Part shown: piece after piece, positions 56,998 through 64,000 of the stretch
Numbering within the stretch: the stretch's first letter is position 1
How the letters are laid out: each line of letters starts with the position of its first letter
Origin: Candidatus Latescibacterota bacterium
GTDB taxonomy: Bacteria > Latescibacterota > UBA2968 > GCA-2709665
Direction of reading: 5' to 3'
DNA: 64,000 bases
Assembly: GCA_965248435.1 (NCBI GenBank)
Contig: OZ252100.1
Coordinates: 5,536,001-5,600,000, forward strand
The notes under the pieces: generated by a model
The model's database searches: none
What the model saw: only the letters and a program-made list of their open reading frames with translations
Told to the model about the DNA's origin: nothing
Translations under genes and position numbers: made by a program

Positions 56998-57893
56998 GCA
57001 ATATTATTTTCAGAATCTTGCTTTTGGTTCTGGTTTCCACTTCATCAGTTCCCGCACAACTTCCTACCCATACGGAAACTGTCAAAGTCACAGTCCAGGA
57101 TACTGTAACAATTCAGAAAACTGTATATGATACGATCCAGGTTGTAAAAGCAACTGAGCTGGAGCGGCTAATAGAAGCAACTAGAGAGGTGAATTGGATT
57201 GCAGTATTTATTCCTGCTGTTGTAACTATCGTAGGTGTTTTGCTTACCCTTAGGTTTGCTCAGCGGAGGATGAAAAAGGACCAAGAAGCCAACTTAGAAG
57301 CACAGAGAGAATTAATCGGGGCACAAGTGAGGGTAGATACATATAAAAGAATCTTAGATTGCATTTCCACATATGTAGGAGCAACAGCAGAGTTACAGCG
57401 AATAACAATGAATGTCAATGATCAATTGGGTGCCTGCTTCAGGCTTGGAATAGGCACTCCTACATATACAGCTACGGAACTCGTGGATTATTATCGGAAG
57501 GTTGATATTAATCCAGTTACTGATTTAATGATGAGCTTTTTCTTCATAATTGGCACTGAAGCTACTAATGCCATAATGGATGCCGATGATGGGTTGAAGG
57601 CCTCGTTCAAGGAGTTCTACAGCGATGTTGTGTTTTTCTTACCAGACATCAATGACAAAAAGCAGAAAGTCCAAAGCGAATCACTACAGAAACTAATCAA
57701 GCAGGATGATAAGATGGATCAAGCAAATAGAAATCATATGGAGGAAATTAAGAGGCTTTTTGATAAATACATTCACCAATGTGAGCTGAATCATCAGAGT
57801 GTTAATGAGCTGAGAAAGACAGCTTATGAATCTTTACTAGAAGATTTATTTAAAGAGATTCTACAAAGCGCTGAAGGGAGTAATACTAACTAG
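56991..57893 (+). CDS. Hypothetical membrane protein
   Basis: Signal-like N-terminus, one TM, helical C-terminal domain. Confidence 0.7.
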   Translation: MLSNIIFRILLLVLVSTSSVPAQLPTHTETVKVTVQDTVTIQKTVYDTIQVVKATELERLIEATREVNWIAVFIPAVVTIVGVLLTLRFAQRRMKKDQEANLEAQRELIGAQVRVDTYKRILDCISTYVGATAELQRITMNVNDQLGACFRLGIGTPTYTATELVDYYRKVDINPVTDLMMSFFFIIGTEATNAIMDADDGLKASFKEFYSDVVFFLPDINDKKQKVQSESLQKLIKQDDKMDQANRNHMEEIKRLFDKYIHQCELNHQSVNELRKTAYESLLEDLFKEILQSAEGSNTN

Positions 57894-57900
57894 AGCAGAA

Positions 57901-58263
57901 CTACGAATTACTCCGAGCATCTTCAAGCTGCAAAATCATCTGCCTCGTCATTTGAGCAGCGAACTTAATATCCTCTAGAGGTTTTGTGGAAAGAAAAATG
58001 GAAAATTCTCCAATCTCCTTCTTTATAGGATCTTGTTTTCCTTGTCGGAGCTGAAACAATTCACTCAAGCTGATTCTGAAGGCTTCAGAGATTCCAACCA
58101 TTGTCTTTAGAGTCGCATTCCCCTCCCCTCTCTCCAGCCTTCCACAAGCATCCAGACTAACATCCGCACCCTCTGCAAGCTCCTCTTGAGATAACCCTGC
58201 CTGCTTTCGCAAATCCCATATCCTTTTGCCCAGAAGTCTTGCTGTTTCCTCGAACTGTTTCAT
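57901..58263 (-). CDS. XRE-family HTH regulator
   Basis: LGKRIWDLRKQAGLSQEELAE...LERGEGNATL; RBS GGAGG. Confidence 0.9.
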   Translation of the reverse strand: MKQFEETARLLGKRIWDLRKQAGLSQEELAEGADVSLDACGRLERGEGNATLKTMVGISEAFRISLSELFQLRQGKQDPIKKEIGEFSIFLSTKPLEDIKFAAQMTRQMILQLEDARSNS

Positions 58264-58453
58264 AGCCCCCTCCTACCTTTTCAAAACCTCTACTGCAAGT
58301 AAGTCCTGAATTTTAAACACTAAGGTAAGATTTCCAAGCCGGGGGCGTAATGGCTTAAAAGCAGTATTTTCCTATCTATTAATATTGCTCATAAGCAATC
58401 TTTTCCTTATCTTAAATGTGGGCTAAAAGCAACACTCTAAGGAGGGTATTCAG

Positions 58454-59320
58454 ATGAGAAGCTTACTTGCAGTGATGGTCTTGGTGTTTGCAGGAGAGAT
58501 AGGAGCTCAGGAAATCCTGGACGAGATCCAGCTCAAAGACGGCAGCATCATCAGAGGGACGATTGTTGAGCAAATCCCTGGAGAGTATGTAAAAGTGAAG
58601 AATCGAACAGGAGACTTGCTGGTGTTCAGGATGGAGGATGTAAAGAGGATTGGTAAGGTGCAGTTAGCAGATCAGGACATTCAGGATCTATTCACAGATG
58701 AAGTAGAGGAAGTGGAGGTTGAGCGGAAGAAACCTAGAAGAGGTTCTGGGAAGGGGATTTTTGTAGGAGCAGGGTATGGAACTGGAAAACTCGCAAGCAA
58801 TAGTGGTATTCAAGCAATCTCAGGACCTGATGGAGAGACTTTCTCAGGTGTGAGGTTCGCAGCAGGATTTGAATCTGGCTCTGGTCTCGGTCTAAAGGTG
58901 GACTTTACTAGCTATGACTTAGAGAAAGCATTCGTAGATAATATCTACTTGAATTCTTGGAAATGGGAAGTAAGAGTTATTGAAGCGATGCTGAGCTATA
59001 GAGAAGACTTTACAGAAGGCAACCAAGGGATGAAACTGTTTGGAGGGATTTTCGGGGGAGTTGCACTTGGCTCTGTAAAGATGAATGGCACTGAGGTTGG
59101 ACAAGACTACTTTGATAGTGGGAGCGTTGATAATTCAGAAGTAGGGATAAGTTTTGGAGGAAACGTAGAGCTGAGGATGCCTAACAATTACATAGGCATT
59201 GTGATTGAGCCTAAATGGACTTCTCTCGAAACCGAACTAGAAGGAGAGTTTGGAAAATACAAAGTTGGAGCTCTGCAAGTCTCCGGCTATGTAAAGTTCA
59301 TCATTCCTTTAGGAGGGTAA
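58454..59320 (+). CDS. Outer-membrane beta-barrel protein with N-terminal LKDGSIIRG domain
   Basis: Signal peptide, RBS AAGGAGG, alternating amphipathic strands in the C-terminal half. Confidence 0.7.
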   Translation: MRSLLAVMVLVFAGEIGAQEILDEIQLKDGSIIRGTIVEQIPGEYVKVKNRTGDLLVFRMEDVKRIGKVQLADQDIQDLFTDEVEEVEVERKKPRRGSGKGIFVGAGYGTGKLASNSGIQAISGPDGETFSGVRFAAGFESGSGLGLKVDFTSYDLEKAFVDNIYLNSWKWEVRVIEAMLSYREDFTEGNQGMKLFGGIFGGVALGSVKMNGTEVGQDYFDSGSVDNSEVGISFGGNVELRMPNNYIGIVIEPKWTSLETELEGEFGKYKVGALQVSGYVKFIIPLGG

Positions 59321-59327
59321 AGAGTAG

Positions 59328-59795
59328 ATGAGGCAAATATCTCTCTTATTCTTGCTCTTAGTCTTGGGATGTGGAGAGAGTAAGCAGGATTTGGATGGTC
59401 TTTTATCCTCTCAAGAAAATCAACCTCCAGAGACAACTGCCGAGTTCACAAGACTAGTGTTCGATGGAGATGGTTTTTCTCTCCCTCCACAAGTTATCCA
59501 GATAGAGGTTAATCCGGTGCCTTGGATTCTGGTTGGCTATGATGGAAGTGATGAAGATGGGGTTGTTGTGGATTATGAGTTCTCTGTTCAAGGACCAAGA
59601 GTTGTTGATTGGATTTCTCTCAAATCGAATCCTCCAACAGCCTCGGACAGCACAGAAGCAGTTGTAAAATACCTTCAAAGAGGGATGGTGAGGAACCTGC
59701 CGAAAGGCAATTACATCCTCAAAGTCAGAGCTGTTGACGATGAAGGAGCAAAAGACCCCACTCCTGCTGAGGTGAGATTTACCATTCCCACTTGA
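59328..59795 (+). CDS. Lipoprotein with Ig/FN3-like domain
   Basis: Lipobox LVLGC; GNYILKVRAVDDEGAKDPTPA. Confidence 0.75.
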   Translation: MRQISLLFLLLVLGCGESKQDLDGLLSSQENQPPETTAEFTRLVFDGDGFSLPPQVIQIEVNPVPWILVGYDGSDEDGVVVDYEFSVQGPRVVDWISLKSNPPTASDSTEAVVKYLQRGMVRNLPKGNYILKVRAVDDEGAKDPTPAEVRFTIPT

Positions 59796-59807
59796 GGATG
59801 AAAAGAG

Positions 59808-60191
59808 ATGAAGTCTGTTGTTTTCATACTAGCCTTGTTGGCTTTTTCCTGTGGCTTGAATCCAAATATGGAGGAGGCTCCTATATACCGAGCATTCTCA
59901 AAGGTTGAGCGCTATAGCATAAACGGAGGCTGGTTCGAGGTGAGCGTTCGGTTATCCAATGATGGTGATGATACATCTGAGCGAGCCAGCCTGAGCCTTA
60001 GAGTCACTGTCTCAGGAGAAACTATTGGAGAAGGAACATCCATCCTAGGACCACTTAACGCTGGTGAGAATGAGACCTACTTGGTGACTGTTGAAGGCAA
60101 TCAAGCCAGGATGTCAGAACTTGGCTTTGATAGGCTAAACATCGCAAATGTAGTGACGATAATTCTAAGCCCTCGCTTGAGTTTCGCTTAG
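59808..60191 (+). CDS. Lipoprotein with Ig-like domain
   Basis: Lipobox LAFSC; V.LSNDG...LNAGE. Confidence 0.7.
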   Translation: MKSVVFILALLAFSCGLNPNMEEAPIYRAFSKVERYSINGGWFEVSVRLSNDGDDTSERASLSLRVTVSGETIGEGTSILGPLNAGENETYLVTVEGNQARMSELGFDRLNIANVVTIILSPRLSFA

Positions 60192-60210
60192 ACATAGAAC
60201 ATCCCTCTAA

Positions 60211-60244
60211 AAGGCTCTGAGGCTCTTTCAGGGCCTTGTTATTC
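60211..60244 (+). terminator. Terminator-like hairpin ending the OMP/lipoprotein operon
   Basis: AAGGCTCTGA-N7-TCAGGGCCTT-GTTATT. Confidence 0.5.
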
Positions 60245-60267
60245 ACCCCTTAACAATAGTGAAAATA

Positions 60268-60283
60268 GAAAGCTTTATAAATA
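60268..60283 (+). promoter_or_regulatory. Archaeal-type BRE/TATA promoter
   Basis: GAAAGC-TTTATAAA-TA; TATA box ends 23 nt before ATG 60304. Confidence 0.6.
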
Positions 60284-60303
60284 CTCAGATGTCTCCTTGG
60301 AGG

Positions 60304-61569
60304 ATGAAAAAGCCAAGTTTAGGCAGAAGAATAAAGAGGACCTTGAAGGAGACAGGTTACGGATTATTACTTAGTGGTCTATTAAGTATGCCTCCTCAAG
60401 CCAGTCCACATCCTAGTCCTTCAACAAGAAAAGCTTCTAAGGGTGTTGTAGATGGAGATTTTTACATTATATCTGAAGGAGAGCCAAATCCCGATTTCGA
60501 TGGAAATGGAAAAGTAGACTTCCTTGATTTTGTAGGATTTGCACAAGCTTTTGACTCTAGACCCACAGACCTTGATTGGGATGTTAGATATGATTTGAAT
60601 GAGGATAGTGAAGTTGGATTCTTTGACTTTCTAGAATTTACAAAGGCTTTCGGCAAAGACATTGAGATAAGAGAAAACGCTCCGCAGATAGCTGAGATTC
60701 CTCTACAAGAAATACCTCAAGTTGAATCTGTCGTAAATCCTGTAACTCTAGACCTCTCACAATATGTCTCAAATCAAGATAGTAATTTAGTCTATGAAAT
60801 AGTTGGCAGTAATGGTTTGGTTACGCAGCTAAAAGACTCAGTTCTAACATACAGACCTAGAGGACTCTTTAATAAAGAAGATAATGGTTTGGCTAAGGTT
60901 GCGTTTAGAGTTAGGAAAGGAGATCTAGAAAGCAATCTGGGAGAACTAGATGTTGAGATTGAGAGAAATGGTGATTTTATTTATGAATACAACACTCTCT
61001 TCCCGGACATACAAGAAGGTCTCAAATCTCCGATTAAAGTGGCTTACCTATGGGCTGGCCCTATAAGAACAGATCCTAGTGAATGGAATCCAAGTAAATG
61101 GGATGGTCCTTTGACTTCTGAAGAAGACCTTGCAAATGCAGAGAAAGGAATAAAACGACTCCATATCCTAACAAGCGGGTTTATTTCTAAAGACATTGAA
61201 GTTATTAGAGGCACAGATCATACTAGGATTTATGATGAATTTACAGATGATATTATATCTCCGCCTGAAGAGATGCACTGGTATGTGAATGAGAGTTTCC
61301 CAGGCAAAGGGGCGGCCTATAACAATAGGAGAGATGATAGAAATTACACCTCAGCAGGCTACTATACAAAGCCAGGAGTAGAGCTCTCAACCCATCTACA
61401 CGAGTGTTATCATATAGCAACCTCTGGAGCACATTCAGAAAACGATGAAGACTTGCTTTCAGCAGGAGCTACTCCAGGGATAACCGAATATTCACCAATG
61501 CATATTGCGTTGGTAACTGCAAACATAGATGAAAGACTCAAAGCAGGTCTAGCTAGGGCTGAACCTTAG
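60304..61569 (+). CDS. Secreted dockerin/EF-hand-like, Ig-like and zinc metalloprotease (metzincin-like) protein
   Basis: PDFDGNGKVDFLDFVGFAQAF and YDLNEDSEVGFFDFLEFTKAFG repeats; HECYHIATSGAH. Confidence 0.75.
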   Translation: MKKPSLGRRIKRTLKETGYGLLLSGLLSMPPQASPHPSPSTRKASKGVVDGDFYIISEGEPNPDFDGNGKVDFLDFVGFAQAFDSRPTDLDWDVRYDLNEDSEVGFFDFLEFTKAFGKDIEIRENAPQIAEIPLQEIPQVESVVNPVTLDLSQYVSNQDSNLVYEIVGSNGLVTQLKDSVLTYRPRGLFNKEDNGLAKVAFRVRKGDLESNLGELDVEIERNGDFIYEYNTLFPDIQEGLKSPIKVAYLWAGPIRTDPSEWNPSKWDGPLTSEEDLANAEKGIKRLHILTSGFISKDIEVIRGTDHTRIYDEFTDDIISPPEEMHWYVNESFPGKGAAYNNRRDDRNYTSAGYYTKPGVELSTHLHECYHIATSGAHSENDEDLLSAGATPGITEYSPMHIALVTANIDERLKAGLARAEP

Positions 61570-63414
61570 TTAGGTTCCGTATGTCTCTGGCTTAACTAAA
61601 ATAACTTGATCGGTTTTGCCAAGAGCATTTGTCTTTAAACAAATCTGCTGAGCAGCCCAACAATCAAGAGTTTTGCCTCCAACTCTAAAGGGATTTCTCT
61701 TAATTTTGTTAATGTCATATTCTCTTCCTGCATAAAAGAATTTTCCACCCTGCTTTTGCTCAATAGGACAATCGCATTTAGTTATTTTTTCTTTACCTTC
61801 AACACATCTTCTTCCATTCCAAACTTGCTGTCCAACAAGACAACAAGCTGCTGTTCTATCTGTAGCATAACTGCAATACAAATTCTCATTTCTCTGCCCT
61901 GGCAAAGCACTAGAAGAGAAGTAAGAACATTCATTATTAGTAGTGCAGGTTTTCTCTCTTAAAGAACCTTGACAAGTAGCGACTAAAAATCCTCTTTTCT
62001 TTTGAGCACCACAAGGATTTCCGCAATTAGCTTCATTGAAAACAATACTCAACTTAGGTGGATCTCTACCTGCACTAGTTACTACTGGCTTTCCTACTGG
62101 ACCAAATTCAAAACCCTTACTGCAACTGCTCGATGCTTTATTCTCACAATAGTAGATAGCCTTGTATTGCCCTATAACCTCACCTCCACAATTAACAGTA
62201 GCCCTTTCTCCTCCAGCTACTTCATCAACATTCATTTGACTATCATCAGGCACTTTGACAAAACCAAATGCTTCAAGCTGTTGGGCAGTAGGAGTAACTA
62301 ACTTCCATCCAAATTCAATTGAAGCACCTCCACCTTGCTCAAAATACTCTACTTGAATTGTATGTTTTCCAGCTTGCAGACTAGTGTCAGCACTATTTGT
62401 AGAAATTCTTCTAAGACCGTGCAAGCCCCAATTGTCCACAATTTTTTTCCTAGACCCATCAGGATAGATAAGATAGAGCCTTGAGCCATCATCACTATTA
62501 GTCCAGAATTCAAACTGGCCCGAGGTAAAATCAAATCTGCCAGCATACTTTACAGAAAATTGATCAGCCCCAACATTAGTAGCTTGAGGAGGAGCACCTA
62601 TGCCCCAACCTTTTGAAAACTTTCTCTCATCTCCTTGTCCTGAACTTGCTAAATCAGATGTTCTAACACTAAGCCTGAAATTATCGAAGTTTACACCATC
62701 ATAATAATTGGCGGTAAACAAATTGTCTCTCACTTGGGGAAAGCCAGGATCAGCAGCTAGCTTAGGAGCACTAGGAGTTACAGCTTGTGGAGTTGGTGCT
62801 GGAGCTCTTGTAGGAAGTGCGCATCTCGGCGGAGCTATTGTTCTTACTTCCTCGGTTTTTCTATTCTGAGTTATTCGCACATTACATCTCTGAGACTTAG
62901 CCCTAGTGTCACAAAAGAAATCAGAATACCTCTCCCATTTTTGTTCTTGGCATTGGCCTATGTTTCTCCAATTAGGTTTCCATCCATCACCAGCATTGCA
63001 ATTCCTCCCCCAGCAATTAGTATCTGTTTGTCCCTGGGTAACAGTCTTTACTAATCCTGTAAATCCTTGTTGTTGGAAAGCAACCTCGGCTTGTTTCTGC
63101 GTCACTTCAACTCTAGGAGCTGGCTTGCATCCATTACTACCACATCCAAAATTGCACCTACGAACAGTAGTCTTTTTTCTATTACCCCGGCAGGAGTAGT
63201 CTATAAAGGAATTCCTTCCGCAGTAATCTTTCTTGTAATAACTCTTACTCCCAACTCTGTATTTAACATTCCCGCTTTTGTATTCCTTACAATATGGAGA
63301 CAGAGAAGAGGAGAAGGCAGAGGAAAGAGAAGCAGTAAGGTGTCTTGACTCACTCTCTGGGATAATAGCAAAGACAAAAACTACCAACACCAAAAGGAAA
63401 ATTATCTTTCTCAT
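61570..63414 (-). CDS. Secreted Cys-rich protein with PA14 domain
   Basis: Signal MRKIIFLLVLVVF; DQFSVKYAGRFDF...SDDGSRLY...DNWGLHG...VEYFEQGGGA (PA14); DYC...DYSC...CNFGC..NGC repeat. Confidence 0.8.
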   Translation of the reverse strand: MRKIIFLLVLVVFVFAIIPESESRHLTASLSSAFSSSLSPYCKEYKSGNVKYRVGSKSYYKKDYCGRNSFIDYSCRGNRKKTTVRRCNFGCGSNGCKPAPRVEVTQKQAEVAFQQQGFTGLVKTVTQGQTDTNCWGRNCNAGDGWKPNWRNIGQCQEQKWERYSDFFCDTRAKSQRCNVRITQNRKTEEVRTIAPPRCALPTRAPAPTPQAVTPSAPKLAADPGFPQVRDNLFTANYYDGVNFDNFRLSVRTSDLASSGQGDERKFSKGWGIGAPPQATNVGADQFSVKYAGRFDFTSGQFEFWTNSDDGSRLYLIYPDGSRKKIVDNWGLHGLRRISTNSADTSLQAGKHTIQVEYFEQGGGASIEFGWKLVTPTAQQLEAFGFVKVPDDSQMNVDEVAGGERATVNCGGEVIGQYKAIYYCENKASSSCSKGFEFGPVGKPVVTSAGRDPPKLSIVFNEANCGNPCGAQKKRGFLVATCQGSLREKTCTTNNECSYFSSSALPGQRNENLYCSYATDRTAACCLVGQQVWNGRRCVEGKEKITKCDCPIEQKQGGKFFYAGREYDINKIKRNPFRVGGKTLDCWAAQQICLKTNALGKTDQVILVKPETYGT

Positions 63415-63857
63415 TCTAGCTCCTGGCAAACCTTTCTTAACTCGGCATCAGCAATTTGATTACAAAAACCTAAATCATCAGTCTCAATAGCTTGGTTAAA
63501 ATAATAATCATCAAGGCAATCCTGTCTCAGCTCTTGCTCTAATTCGTCACACAAGCTTGCATCAGCCAAAGCATTCTCCACTACAGATTCTTCAAATCCT
63601 ATGACAAATGCGGCTTCACAACTCTCTCTAACTCTAGGATCTGTAATTAGATTGCAAATACTACTATCATCGTTATCTAGAGCCTGCTGCAAGTAGAAGT
63701 CGTCCAAACACTCACCCCTCTTATGCAAGTTAGGAATATTCTCACATTCACCAATATCAGTAATGAGTTTTTCAATCTTTTCCTGTTCACACCCAGCACC
63801 TATGAGAAATACAAGACTTAGAATTACAAATATCACCTTCTCTTTGTTATGAAACAT
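63411..63857 (-). CDS. Cys-repeat lipoprotein-like protein (DPANN/CPR-type C..I......C repeats)
   Basis: LIGAGC; repeats CENIP..RGEC, CNLITD..RESC, CDELE..RQDC, CNQIAD..RKVC. Confidence 0.75.
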   Translation of the reverse strand: MFHNKEKVIFVILSLVFLIGAGCEQEKIEKLITDIGECENIPNLHKRGECLDDFYLQQALDNDDSSICNLITDPRVRESCEAAFVIGFEESVVENALADASLCDELEQELRQDCLDDYYFNQAIETDDLGFCNQIADAELRKVCQELE

Positions 63858-63875
63858 CTATGCTAAAGAAGGGGG

Positions 63876-63897
63876 AAACGTATATATAAAGGTTATC
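63876..63897. promoter_or_regulatory. Archaeal-type, possibly bidirectional BRE/TATA promoter
   Basis: Minus strand GATAACC-TTTATATA, 25 nt before ATG 63857 with no Shine-Dalgarno; plus strand GAAACG-TATATATAAA. Confidence 0.6.
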
Positions 63898-64000
63898 CCT
63901 TTAGGAGTAGCAGGAGATGTTGTGAGTTGGCTCAAGCTCAGCAGAATGAAGATGGAGAATGGTATGTATGCAGGAGAGGACCTGCTGCTAGTCCAGGTGG

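Noticed and set aside
574-63490. Numerous antisense or out-of-frame ORFs inside long genes
   Set aside because: Shadows of well-supported CDSs, without RBS or motifs.
1-64000. CRISPR array, rRNA genes or intact tRNA genes
   Set aside because: No regularly spaced direct repeats or rRNA-like tracts seen by eye; both tRNA-like sequences lack their 5' halves.

Overview
A mosaic accessory region with no core housekeeping genes. (1) 1-6500: end of a phage-satellite-like element with a P4/D5-type primase-helicase, an iteron origin, TerS and TerL but no portal or capsid gene, and a HicA-HicB-SecB toxin-antitoxin-chaperone cargo, ending at a tRNA-Pro-like 3' fragment. (2) 6600-11400: HEPN-like and SIR2 genes, an IS3 relic, a CI-like repressor/Zn-finger switch, a serine resolvase and HU/IHF. 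(3) 11500-17500: an integron cassette array without an integrase (CALIN); one attC is interrupted by an ORF-less group II intron in the same orientation as the cassettes. (4) 18200-28100: nucleases, RmuC, a UvrD helicase and a 5'-truncated type III Mod methyltransferase. (5) 28100-46400: a co-directional, apparently 5'-truncated biosynthetic cluster: FomB-like kinase, HldE-type nucleotidyltransferase, class III aminotransferase, CalS11-like NDP-sugar O-methyltransferase, GT2, SDR, Gfo/Idh, Erm rRNA methylase, CYTH proteins, ABC exporter and nucleotidyltransferase/CBM9-like fusions. (6) 47300-54100: RND pump, tRNA-Val att junction, decayed TA pair, B12 radical SAM, CYTH. (7) 54300-60240: a more AT-rich bacterial island. 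(8) 60250-64000: genes with archaeal BRE/TATA promoters and DPANN-like proteins. All family calls come from motif reading and recalled family features, not database searches.
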